A DNA stretch of 64,000 nt from positions 116,801-180,800 of IMG/VR virus record IMGVR_UViG_3300028603_000001; one strand, given 5' to 3'. This document shows, in pieces, positions 49,710 to 60,100 of this stretch (position 1 is its first letter; each line of letters opens with the position of its first letter). The DNA is from a virus (lineage: Duplodnaviria; Caudoviricetes). A program made the translations under genes and the position numbers. Under the pieces are notes generated by a model. It was given only the letters and a program-made list of their open reading frames with translations, ran no database searches and was not told the origin of the DNA.

Positions 49710-50270
49710 TTAATATTTTTTTCTTCCCCATTTGATATCAGTAACTTCAACATAATTATCTCCTTCATTATATTGAAAGTTAAAAGGTTTTTCTTTTCCA
49801 CTTAAATAATGCCCAAATTCTTCTCTTAAGAACTTAGCGATACTTTTTTCATTTATATCTCCAGTCAACCATTCAACATCAAGTTCTAACCTAGTTGGTA
49901 ATGCATCATCAAAATCTTCTTCATCAAATATATCATCAAAATCTTCTTCATCATCTATATCATCAAACTCATCTTCATAAATATCTTTTCCAGTTAGCGC
50001 TTTATATACATAAGCTAAAACATCATGGCCATAAAATCTTTTTTCAAATTTTAGACCTTCTATTGCATCTCTAATTCCAGTTTTTCCTGAATTATAACTA
50101 ATACCTACAACATTTCCAGAATTGTCTGTCAATAAAGAGATATCTTTATAATTAACGGCTTCTTCTATCTCTGCATAAGTACCGCTTCCTAGGACAACAT
50201 TTTCCAACTCTTGCTCAATATTAATTTCTTGCAAGCCTTTTAAATTAACTTCATTTGCTTTCATAAACAA
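49710..50270 (-). CDS. Hypothetical protein
   Basis: Promoter plus GGAGGAG SD. Confidence 0.6.
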   Translation of the reverse strand: MFMKANEVNLKGLQEINIEQELENVVLGSGTYAEIEEAVNYKDISLLTDNSGNVVGISYNSGKTGIRDAIEGLKFEKRFYGHDVLAYVYKALTGKDIYEDEFDDIDDEEDFDDIFDEEDFDDALPTRLELDVEWLTGDINEKSIAKFLREEFGHYLSGKEKPFNFQYNEGDNYVEVTDIKWGRKKY

Positions 50271-50356
50271 TCTCTCCTCCTATCATTTATTTTATAGCTA
50301 TATTATATACTAAAATATTTAAATAAATCAACTAATTTCAATAACTTTATAGAACT

Positions 50357-50566
50357 TTATTCATAATAATAAGGAACAATAATTCTACTATTACGATTAT
50401 TAGTTAGTTTACAAACAATGCCAGTTTTAGCTTTAATCTCGGCAATGTCTTTCGGAGTCTTGTTTTTCCAGGTCAAATACCCATTAGCACCGGAATCACA
50501 ATACCCTGGCGGATTCCATCCCATAGCTTTACAAATAAGCTCAATATTGCGTTTTTTTGTAATCAT
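50357..50566 (-). CDS. Hypothetical protein (family A, short)
   Basis: KAMGW...YLTWKN..KTGIVCKL. Confidence 0.6.
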   Translation of the reverse strand: MITKKRNIELICKAMGWNPPGYCDSGANGYLTWKNKTPKDIAEIKAKTGIVCKLTNNRNSRIIVPYYYE

Positions 50567-50631
50567 ATATATTTCCTCCTTATTTTATATTATTATTATA
50601 TATTAACTTTGAAATTAAATCAACTATTCAT

Positions 50632-50898
50632 CTAGTTACTTTGTAATCTACATGCTTGAGTAATAATCTCTACCAAATCATTTCCAGCTATCTGTAATGT
50701 TGCTGTCACTTCAATTCCAGCGTTAACGGAATCAATTAATTGTTGTGATAAGTTTTTACCTAAAGAGTTTTTAATAGTGTTTGATAATTCTATTAATGTT
50801 TCTTTTGTTTGTTCTTTATGTGTTTGATAGCCAGCTTGAAAACCTTTCTGATATTCTTTTTTAAGTTTGCGATTGTATAATCGTGTCGTTTTTTTCAT
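50632..50898 (-). CDS. Hypothetical protein
   Basis: Coupled ORF. Confidence 0.55.
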   Translation of the reverse strand: MKKTTRLYNRKLKKEYQKGFQAGYQTHKEQTKETLIELSNTIKNSLGKNLSQQLIDSVNAGIEVTATLQIAGNDLVEIITQACRLQSN

Positions 50899-51504
50899 CT
50901 ATTCCACTACCTTAATTTGAGTAACTTCTATTTGTTTTCCTGCTTCAATTCTCTCAACTTCATCATTTTCATACACAATTGTTACAATGTTGTCGCGTCT
51001 AGTTAGTGGTTGAATTACTTGAACAACTTTACGTCTATCAATAACATCACCAACTTCAATATTACGAGCAATTTTTTCTATTTTACTTTTGATTTGCGTA
51101 CCAGTTTTATCTGTTCTACCCTTTAAAGAATCATAAACTTTATAAGCACCAGCAACAGTTTGACCATCATTTAAATAACTAACTTCCTCAGTATTGATAC
51201 GAGACCACGTTCCGCTACCTTCATCCTTAAGCCATTCTTTAACAACAGCTTTCAATTTATCAGCGAACCAACTTCTTACTGCAAGATCTGACATATCATA
51301 TAATGGGTTTGTATAATTTCTTCTGCTGCTGTAAGTTGTGTCAAACGGTTCCATCTCAATACCTTCTTCGGTAAGGGAATTACAAACCCAATAAGGCTCC
51401 ATGCGTGTGCTGTTTTCCCACATTCCATCTGATAATTGCCCCATAACTGCATCTAAATAAGCTAATTCCTCTTTACTACATTTTACTAATCTTGTTCTTG
51501 CCAT
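50899..51504 (-). CDS. Conserved phage protein
   Basis: GQLSDGMWENS...YW. Confidence 0.65.
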   Translation of the reverse strand: MARTRLVKCSKEELAYLDAVMGQLSDGMWENSTRMEPYWVCNSLTEEGIEMEPFDTTYSSRRNYTNPLYDMSDLAVRSWFADKLKAVVKEWLKDEGSGTWSRINTEEVSYLNDGQTVAGAYKVYDSLKGRTDKTGTQIKSKIEKIARNIEVGDVIDRRKVVQVIQPLTRRDNIVTIVYENDEVERIEAGKQIEVTQIKVVE

Positions 51505-51568
51505 ATTATTTTCTCCTTTAATTTAATTTATTTTATATCTATATTATATGATAAAAAAAGCTGATAAA

Positions 51569-52027
51569 TCAACTTTCTTTTATATTATCTGTTTTACCAT
51601 CTAATACTGATGTAACTTCAAAACTAAGATTCTCATGTGTTAAAAGATATACATACACCCATTTATTTTCTTTAGTATCAAATAAATAAATATAATCAAC
51701 ACCATGATCGTTTCCTGCTTCAATATAGTTAGATAAATCAACGCAAGTTTTAAAATCAACATCTTTTTCTCCTCTTGTGCGATAAGTTATACACAAGTTA
51801 GGATCTTTATCTGCAAAATAATCTTTCCAAGCATTTTCATTAACTACTGGGGTGTATCCTAAAACTGATAAATCCCCTAAATTTAATAATTGTCTAATAG
51901 TTTTTTCATCTTTATAAAAATCAATTAATTTTCTACCTACAGAAGTTACATAACCATCAAAATGGCAATAAATGTAATCTATACTGTTGTTTTTATTTTT
52001 GATACCAATTAAACTGCGTGTTGCCAT
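51569..52027 (-). CDS. Conserved phage protein
   Basis: MATRSLIGI...YCHFDGY...VG..L...YIYLF. Confidence 0.65.
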   Translation of the reverse strand: MATRSLIGIKNKNNSIDYIYCHFDGYVTSVGRKLIDFYKDEKTIRQLLNLGDLSVLGYTPVVNENAWKDYFADKDPNLCITYRTRGEKDVDFKTCVDLSNYIEAGNDHGVDYIYLFDTKENKWVYVYLLTHENLSFEVTSVLDGKTDNIKES

Positions 52028-52039
52028 GTTTTTTCCTCC

Positions 52040-52267
52040 TTAAATACTTTCAAATTCTCCGCCAACTGCTTCTTCAAGTTCTGAATCGTATAAATCAATA
52101 CAGATAGTAATCATATCATCATGACTGATTATAATATCTTTACCATGATATTTCACAATAACTTCATTTTCCATCCAGCCTTTAGGGCTTAACAACTCTA
52201 AAGCCTTTTCTCTTGAAATAACGCCTTTTAACAACACATTTCTAAGAACTCTGATCTTATTCTCCAT
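52040..52267 (-). CDS. Hypothetical protein
   Basis: Promoter plus AAGGAGG SD. Confidence 0.6.
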   Translation of the reverse strand: MENKIRVLRNVLLKGVISREKALELLSPKGWMENEVIVKYHGKDIIISHDDMITICIDLYDSELEEAVGGEFESI

Positions 52268-52346
52268 AAATTATTTCCTCCTTGTTTCTACATATATATT
52301 ATAATATAAAATGGAGAATAAATCAACTTATTCTCCATTACGCATT

Positions 52347-52766
52347 TTAATTTTCACTAATCTTACTAATAATGTTTTCTAATAAAACTGTAAACTCTTC
52401 TTCACCTATCTTTTTATAAAGGATATTAAACAATTCTTTACACATAATTTTTAAATCTTTACTACTTGATTTTTTAGCTAAATCTAAATACATCATTACT
52501 GGTCCATATTGGCTTAATTGTAATAATAATTCTTTTTCTTTTTCAGATTTGAAGTTTGTATATTGAGGAACAAGAAGTATTCCAGAATCAGTTACTCTGC
52601 ATTCAATCCCTGTTTTTTCTAATATAGCTTTTACATCTTCTTCTGTTTTATTCTCCCAGGTAAAATAATAATTACTTCCAGAGAATATTTTTGGACTATC
52701 TTCATAATTCGTTTTCTCAGCTATAATTACGATATTTTTTAATAGCACATTGCTTGATTTAAACAT
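52347..52766 (-). CDS. Hypothetical protein (family A)
   Basis: Paralog of 41201..41614. Confidence 0.65.
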   Translation of the reverse strand: MFKSSNVLLKNIVIIAEKTNYEDSPKIFSGSNYYFTWENKTEEDVKAILEKTGIECRVTDSGILLVPQYTNFKSEKEKELLLQLSQYGPVMMYLDLAKKSSSKDLKIMCKELFNILYKKIGEEEFTVLLENIISKISEN

Positions 52767-52780
52767 AAATTAGACCTCCT

Positions 52781-53089
52781 TTATTCTACTATTACAGGTT
52801 TTCTTGAATTTGCTCTTCGCGGAACATTATCTTTAAAGTTATAACTAACTCTTATATAATGCATATAATCATAACCTAATACATAACTAATATTGCGGTC
52901 ATCTAAATGTAATTCAGCGTTTTTCATATCTCTTTCTCTAGCTAATATACTGCAATCAAAATGAATTTTAATAAAATTACCTTCTCTAATAACATCATAA
53001 CAACCTTTAGTTGCTTCTTTATACCATAACTGTTCTTCAATTTCTCTATACGGATTTAACTCCGCGTACAATCTTTGCATAGCGCCCAT
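52781..53089 (-). CDS. Hypothetical protein
   Basis: Promoter plus SD. Confidence 0.6.
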   Translation of the reverse strand: MGAMQRLYAELNPYREIEEQLWYKEATKGCYDVIREGNFIKIHFDCSILARERDMKNAELHLDDRNISYVLGYDYMHYIRVSYNFKDNVPRRANSRKPVIVE

Positions 53090-53195
53090 AATATATTTTC
53101 CTCCTTAATATATTTACAGTATTATTATATAATAAAAAAAAGATAAAATCAACTTTATCTTTTAATTTATTGTATTAATATGGTCTAAGTAAAAT

Positions 53196-53597
53196 CTAAT
53201 CAAGATATGGTTGATGTTCCTCAAGTTCTCCGCTTTCAGCTTCTTCAAGTTCTTTTTGAGCTTCAATTAGTATTTTTTGATAATTTTCCATTTTATCTTC
53301 AGGAATAGCAATATATGAATCTCGATAAGTTATATCAAGTTCATCATGAATACCATCAAGTACTTTATTATCTTTTTCCCACTTATCCATTTCAAAATAT
53401 GTATAATTATCTCCACCACACCTTGTATGTATATATAATGTGTCAGTTCCAACATACTTGTTGAACATTTCATATTGAGGTGATGTTTGTTCTATCTTAT
53501 CCTCAATTTTCATTAACCTTAATCCCCTTAGACGTGGAGGCTCGCTTGGTAACAATCCTTTAAGTTCAGTAATTTGCATAAATGCTCCTATATCCAT
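53196..53597 (-). CDS. Conserved phage protein
   Basis: PRLRGLRLMK...YIHTRCGG.NY...D.TYRD.Y. Confidence 0.6.
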   Translation of the reverse strand: MDIGAFMQITELKGLLPSEPPRLRGLRLMKIEDKIEQTSPQYEMFNKYVGTDTLYIHTRCGGDNYTYFEMDKWEKDNKVLDGIHDELDITYRDSYIAIPEDKMENYQKILIEAQKELEEAESGELEEHQPYLD

Positions 53598-53631
53598 TAT
53601 TTATTTTTCATCCTTTCTTTAATGTCAAATG

Positions 53632-53799
53632 TTATTTCAAATCATTTATATATTCCAATTCGCTCATTAAATCATAAAATTCTTTTAATTCTACATTTTC
53701 TTGAATTTCATTATAACAAAGATTTTCAAGGATTTCATCCTTTATTTCTTCAGCAAGAATTCTAATCTCAATTAATAGTTCATTAATTTTTTTATTCAT
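53632..53799 (-). CDS. Hypothetical protein, 55 aa
   Basis: AAGGAGG SD; MNKKINELLIE... Confidence 0.5.
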   Translation of the reverse strand: MNKKINELLIEIRILAEEIKDEILENLCYNEIQENVELKEFYDLMSELEYINDLK

Positions 53800-53873
53800 T
53801 TTTTACCTCCTTTTCTATTTGTTATATTTATGGTCTAATATTATTTTTCATTTATATTGTGTTATACTAAATC

Positions 53874-54257
53874 TTAATCTAAATAAGGGAAGTGCATCCA
53901 ACCCTCACCAAATATAGCATATTCAGGATAGCTTGAATCAGGTCCTTTTGTTCCCCACAGCCCTCTTTTTCTATGCCAAGTAAGCTCTTCAATCTGCCCA
54001 GTTGGATCAGGTTTAATTGTTTCAGCAACTGTATCATAGAAGAATACTCTTTTTCCCTCTAAATCAGGTCTGTCTAAATATGGATTACCCTCACAATGAT
54101 ATATTGGAGCTATTAATTCACATTCTTGCACTTTAATTGTTGTTGGCGTAACATCAATAACTGTATAAGGTCTTTTAACCATATCAATATAATAACTTCC
54201 AGTGAATTGTCTTAAATAGAGTTGATCTCCTACCTTTGGATAATATTTTTCTGCCAT
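53874..54257 (-). CDS. Hypothetical protein
   Basis: Promoter plus GGAGG SD. Confidence 0.6.
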   Translation of the reverse strand: MAEKYYPKVGDQLYLRQFTGSYYIDMVKRPYTVIDVTPTTIKVQECELIAPIYHCEGNPYLDRPDLEGKRVFFYDTVAETIKPDPTGQIEELTWHRKRGLWGTKGPDSSYPEYAIFGEGWMHFPYLD

Positions 54258-54324
54258 ATAATAATTTTCCTCCTATTAGTTATTTTACATTAGTAATTAT
54301 ATATAAAAATGAAAATTTAATCAA

Positions 54325-54933
54325 CTATTCAAATTCACCTAATATATCTACTATATAATCAGTGATGAAATCTAGTCGATAATCTATGTCTCTTGAATTA
54401 TCAATAGTCATCCAATATGTTAAAGATCCCTTTTCTTCATATTGACAAAGTTTTGATTCTAATTTGTTATCAAAATCTTTACTATCTCTTATAAGTCTAT
54501 CAATGAGGTTACTTCTAATCTCTAATGTGTCACCTTCGCGAGTTAAAAATCTTTCAAGAGTGGTTGCTAATGGTGCTTTTAACCAAACTACAAATACTTC
54601 AACATCTTCTGGTTTTGTTTCTAAAATTTGCATTAAACCACTTGGATTTACAACTACAACATTATATCCTTCTTTAATACTATCTTTATGTAAACCATAT
54701 TTCCACTGATTCTTATTTATAATATAATCAGTTGTCTCTAAAAATTGATCATGCATATCATCATATTCTTCTGTGCTGATAAAATGATAGTCGACACCAT
54801 TTTGTTCTGATGGTCGTGCAGGCCTTGTGGTGTGTGATATACATCTGTTAAAACCCAATTCACCCAATCTTTTATCTACCTCTGATTTCCCAACAGCACA
54901 TTTTCCTATAAGGATTATTAATTTTTTGCTCAT
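54325..54933 (-). CDS. gmk: Guanylate kinase
   Basis: GKCAVGKS; SHTTRPARPSEQNGVDYHF; WKYG. Confidence 0.85.
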   Translation of the reverse strand: MSKKLIILIGKCAVGKSEVDKRLGELGFNRCISHTTRPARPSEQNGVDYHFISTEEYDDMHDQFLETTDYIINKNQWKYGLHKDSIKEGYNVVVVNPSGLMQILETKPEDVEVFVVWLKAPLATTLERFLTREGDTLEIRSNLIDRLIRDSKDFDNKLESKLCQYEEKGSLTYWMTIDNSRDIDYRLDFITDYIVDILGEFE

Positions 54934-54993
54934 TTATTATCTCCTTTAGATTCTATATAATCAATATACAATAATTGGGTGTCTATATCAATT

Positions 54994-55389
54994 TTATGCT
55001 TTAACAAAATAATTTCCGACGCACGAATCTCCACAATTCCAAATATCAATATAGGCAGTATCTTTTAAAGCAACATAATGATTAGTAACGTTTACTATAA
55101 CACCTTTCTCCAATTGCTTTTTTGTTAAAACTTTATCCATTTCTTTAACTCTGTATTTAGTGTTATCTTGTTTTCTAGGTTGCTTCATCTTAACATAACC
55201 AAATCTCTTAAGGACATTTTCCATAACTTTCCTGCTTGTAAAATCATAATATGTTTTTTTAACTTCATCAAATTGTAGCTGCAAAGCTTTATCATAATCA
55301 ATACCAAGGCAAGAAACAATAGCCCTAGTTGAACAATCTCCGGTCTTCCTCCCTTTTGGGTTAACATTTATTTGTCTATAATTTAACAT
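54994..55389 (-). CDS. Conserved phage protein
   Basis: NVNPKGRKTGDCSTRAI...H....D.W; GAGG SD before ATG 55389. Confidence 0.6.
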   Translation of the reverse strand: MLNYRQINVNPKGRKTGDCSTRAIVSCLGIDYDKALQLQFDEVKKTYYDFTSRKVMENVLKRFGYVKMKQPRKQDNTKYRVKEMDKVLTKKQLEKGVIVNVTNHYVALKDTAYIDIWNCGDSCVGNYFVKA

Positions 55390-55510
55390 AGCAAATTTCA
55401 CCTCTCTTAACTTAACATACATATATTATATACTATATCTAAATTAAAATCAACGTTAAGACAACTAAAAAAAAAGAGCATACTTTACAGTAAATGCTCT
55501 TTTATTATTT

Positions 55511-56506
55511 CTAATCATATTGTGCAAAATCAAAATCTAAATTTTTATTTTTATTCTCTCCTATGCCAATATATCTTTTATCATCTAACTCATTTAAGTA
55601 TTTAATAAGAGATATAACCCACTCACTTCCTGTCAGATTGTTATTGATAAGAACAGGAGGAGAAGCTGTTGCAACATTTTTTACTGTTGTAGCAGTCTTA
55701 ATATCTTTATACACAGATGCCGCTATAGGATTATCTAATGCTTCTTTTTCTAACTTATGGAGTGCTTTAGGGTTTAAAGATGCTGTAATTGCAAATCCCC
55801 ATGCTTTGACTCCTCTGTTGTTAATTTTTGCAAAATCTTCTCTGCTAACATATGCATCACTTAGTTTATCTAACCATTGATCTAAATTCTGAATTTTATC
55901 AGGATACTTAGCATTTATAGAGTCTATTGATGCCATTAGCCATTCTAATGTTACATAAATTTTTTTATTATTTTTAATTACTTTTGTGCTTTTTGCGCAC
56001 CAATCATCAAATGATTTAGCTGCTTCTTTAAATTTTGTCTCAAATTTTGCTCTTAATTGTTCTATACGCTGTTCAGCTGAATCAATATTAAGTTTTTGAT
56101 TTATTTTATTGCTAACTGTTTCAACAGATTCTGCACTCGGATCTCCATAATTCTTAAATGGCTCGTTTTTACTGAAAGCATCTAAAGCTCTTGCAAGCGT
56201 TTTAATAATAAACTTTTGAACGATCTTGCCATTAAGGTTTATAGTATCTTCATAACTTTCATTAATATTAAATATACCAAGTTGATCTAAAACCACATCT
56301 TTTAACAGAGTTTTTACCTTTTGAAGATCTTCAGGTTCTGCATTATCAAATAATTCATCACAAATCCTTAATATATCTCCCAAGGTAAGTTTATTATATT
56401 TGTCATTAGCTTCTGATATATTAGAAGATTCAAGTAATAAATTTTCTTTAATTCTTGTTGGTGTTAAATCTATATCATATAAATTTTTGACTATTTTTTC
56501 AATCAT
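55511..56506 (-). CDS. Hypothetical protein in late operon
   Basis: Co-transcribed with 57103..60711; IKEN/LLES/INES motifs. Confidence 0.6.
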   Translation of the reverse strand: MIEKIVKNLYDIDLTPTRIKENLLLESSNISEANDKYNKLTLGDILRICDELFDNAEPEDLQKVKTLLKDVVLDQLGIFNINESYEDTINLNGKIVQKFIIKTLARALDAFSKNEPFKNYGDPSAESVETVSNKINQKLNIDSAEQRIEQLRAKFETKFKEAAKSFDDWCAKSTKVIKNNKKIYVTLEWLMASIDSINAKYPDKIQNLDQWLDKLSDAYVSREDFAKINNRGVKAWGFAITASLNPKALHKLEKEALDNPIAASVYKDIKTATTVKNVATASPPVLINNNLTGSEWVISLIKYLNELDDKRYIGIGENKNKNLDFDFAQYD

Positions 56507-56557
56507 AATATTTTATTCCCTTAATTATCTTACTTTGTTTTTTGTAACACGCAAGAA

Positions 56558-57070
56558 TCAATGATCATAAGCATCAGATTCATCATCCAATAAATTAAAA
56601 TTATTTGTCTTGAAGTTCTCTATTGTTGACCGTTCTGTTGTATTAACCAACATTGGTCCTAACTCACAAACAATACTTGTTGGAAAAACTGCTATATTAC
56701 TCATTCTCAACACCTTAAAGACTCTTCCTTCACTTCTATCTAAACCAGATGGTATAACAAATAAACCGCCTGTTTCAACTTCCATATCATATGGAACGTG
56801 TATCACAACTGATGTATCTGCTAACTCTGTATTCCACCCGATTTTACGCATTGTTTTTTGTGTTGGATGTTCATCATAAATACAGCGAACCAGTATAGGT
56901 TCTTTGTAATTTGTATCTAGTTCGCCATACATGTTATAATCTTTTGAATTAGGTATAGGAGCTCTATAAGTAACATTTAAACCATGCAAACGTAAAAACT
57001 CTTTGAAGAATTGTCTGCTTAATTTAATATTCTGTTCATTTAAAAGTAAACCAGTATCTTCATTCCTCAT
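56558..57070 (-). CDS. Possible neck/head-completion protein
   Basis: Size, late operon context and HGLNVTYRAP..YGE pattern; weak. Confidence 0.4.
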   Translation of the reverse strand: MRNEDTGLLLNEQNIKLSRQFFKEFLRLHGLNVTYRAPIPNSKDYNMYGELDTNYKEPILVRCIYDEHPTQKTMRKIGWNTELADTSVVIHVPYDMEVETGGLFVIPSGLDRSEGRVFKVLRMSNIAVFPTSIVCELGPMLVNTTERSTIENFKTNNFNLLDDESDAYDH

Positions 57071-57102
57071 TTATATGTTCTCCTGTATTTTATGGTCTAA
57101 TA

Positions 57103-60100
57103 TTATTTTTCGCTATCATTAATTTTGAATTCAAATACCTCTTCTGATAAGTTATTTGTTACTTTGAAAAGAGTGTTTTTTAAAGTTTCTGTTAAGTTAT
57201 GTTTTTCTAATGATTCATTTATTTCTGTTTTAGGTGTTAAAGTAAATTTTACATTTGCTTCTGAATTTTCAGATCTAATAATTCCTTCTAAAACAACATT
57301 TCCTTTTACGTCAACAGCACCACCCATAGTTTTAAAGATAACTGTATCTTCATACGCCTCATCAAAATATTTATTTAATTCTTCATCAAATAATTCTGCA
57401 TCAAAATCAATTTCATCATCAGCTTCTGAAAAGAATGGTTTAATATTAACTTCTTCTTCTAAGTCTTCATCTTCATCTAAATTGATTTTACTTTCATTTA
57501 AACCAATAACAAACTTTTGAATAAATTCTTCAGCTTCTTCATACGCAAGTACTTTACCTTCCCCCTCTATCACCCCATTACGTAAATCATCAAGAACATC
57601 TTTAACCTGACTTTCAGTAATTCCTTTTGGATGATATTCCTTCATATACCTAGATATCCAAAGTTCTAAATCTTCACCATATAAAGTTGACTCTTCAAAA
57701 TTTTTCCAATCGTCATCATCTTCATCTTCGTCATCAAAAATAAAATCTGCATCAGGGCCTATAGCTTTAGCAACAATTTCTCGTTCACTAGGGCTGCTTG
57801 CTGCATCTAATAAGTCAAGTATATCACTAAGTTCTGGGTCTTTAAGTGCGGCAATATTATCTTCTCTCTCATACCAATAAATAATAATGTCTGCTGCTTC
57901 ATCAAAATATTGTGGGTCACCATCAAACATTTGTTTTAATTTTTTTGCAGTTGTTACTAAGTTTACACTTTCGCTTAATTTTTGTTCATCTTCTTCTTCA
58001 TTTTCAACATCTTCATAAAAATTCTTTTTCGCGTCTTGTTTAAATCCTTTTACAATAGCTTCTTTTTCTTCTTTTGTTGCTGTTTTAATCCAATTTAAAG
58101 CTTCTTTTTTATTAAAACCATATGCGTCTTGAACTGCAGCTAGTAATGTTCTATCAATGCTTTCAGATAAATCAACTTTTTCACCCCATTTGTATGAAGC
58201 AACTACCTCATCATCTTTCTTAACATCAAACCAAACATCACCACGATTTTTAGATTGTCTCTTTGCAAATATTCTAGCCTCTTGTTCATCATCAAAACCT
58301 TGAACAAACTCTTCTTCACCTTTGTCTTTTGTTACAACAGTAAATTTCTCTGTTAATGATTCATTTATTTCTTCGATTTCAAAATCTTCTTCTAAAGCTT
58401 CTCCAGCTATGACTGGTTTCTTAGTTGAAATTTGTTCTATTCTATTTATTAAAGCATCAGCTACTTTTTGTTCTTCTTCATTTTTTGGCTCAACTGCATC
58501 AAAACCAAATACATCGTAATATAATTCTTCAGCTTTTTTCAAACTGTAAGTTTTAACATCTTTTAGTATATCAGTCATTTTGCCTCTAAAATCTTTTTTG
58601 CTATTACCGCCATATAGTTCAGTTAATCTAGCATCTAACGCATCAAAAATAATTTGTTCTGCCTCGTCTTGTGGCTCTGTTTTAAAGAACTCATATTCGT
58701 TGAATAATTTTTCACATTTTTGAACATCCCATGTTTTTATTTGTTTAGCTAGATTTTTCGCTTCTTCTATATATTCTTCATACTCACCTGGCTCAAATTC
58801 AAAATCAGGATCAGCCGCTTCAGTAATTAAATCATATCTATAATTTTCTTTTAATGAGCGTTGAACTTTATATTTTTTATTTTCAGCTCTTAATTTAGAA
58901 ACTGCTTCAGATAAATCTTTTCTCGTTTTGAATGAAACTACTTCTTTATTCAAGTCTTCTGTAACTTGATTGTTTTGTTCAGAAGCTTTTTTTCTTAATA
59001 GATCTAATAACTCAATTCCTTCAACATCGCCATGTTTTCTTGCAAATGCTTGAAGTTGAAATAAAGTCATTCCTAATTTAGTTGCTAGGTTAAGGATCTC
59101 TTTAAATTGATCTGCTGAAACACCTTCATTAATATCTTTTTGATCGATTACTTTAACATCATGTTTTTCTAGCATCTCGTCTAATTCATCTTTGTACCCA
59201 GTTATTTTTTTGAATTGTTCTATCAATTTTTTATCATCAGTGTTTTTAACATATTTTTCAAATAATACTTCTAAATCTTCTCTATTATGAATACTCTCTT
59301 TAATCCAAAATTCTTCAGAGCGAGGTGAATCAACATTATATTTTGCTAAATCATTTACTGTAAATATTTTATCACATAATTCATCTTCAGCAGATAAACT
59401 TTGATCTTCAATATTATCTGTGTAAATATCTTCTCCAGCGTCTTTTACTTTTATGCATAATGTTTTAGGAGCATCTAATGATACAAACTGACAATGACCA
59501 AATCTAGCTAGGGCACCTTGTTTACTACCATTGAATAATTCTCTATCAGTCTCACAATCCCATATAATTATCTTTGTTGTTTCATCATCATTGAAACTGT
59601 TTAAAATCTTAGCTAATGGTAATTCAACTTCATGTTCGTCTAGATCTATATTACATGATAAATAACCATTTCCAACATTAAATCCATCGATAGCTGAATC
59701 AATTAATTTTATTGGTAATTCAGACATCATACCTTCATAAATCTTTTTATTATCAGTATTTGTTACAATAACTTTATTTATTGATTCAGGTAAAATAATT
59801 CTATGTACCAACTCTTCAGTTAAATTTAACTTAATTGCTCGCAGTTTATCTAAAGATTCTCTAGTTGGCAAGCGTAATTTTTTAGTTAAAGGTTTAGTTG
59901 TTTTAACTTGTTTTGCTTCTTCTACTTCTTCTTTATCTTCGTCTTCATCTTCCTCATCTTCGACTGTGTCATCTTTTCTAACTTTATCAGAGTCAAATAA
60001 ATCACCTAATTGTGGAAGTTCAAATTCTTCATCATCTGTGTCATCTGTAACAGTGGTAGTCATTCCATCATCTTCTTCTTCTGGTACGTAATCTAATTCT

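Larger units (their letters stand above)
30441..55455 (-). promoter_or_regulatory. About 19 sigmaA-like early promoters TTGATT-N17-TATAAT
   Basis: -35 (plus-strand AATCAA) at approximately 30465, 34555, 36435, 38064, 38965, 39803, 40430, 40954, 42000, 42961, 45883, 48560, 50326, 50618, 51567, 52321, 53147, 54319 and 55448; 17-nt spacer verified at 34532-34560. Confidence 0.8.
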
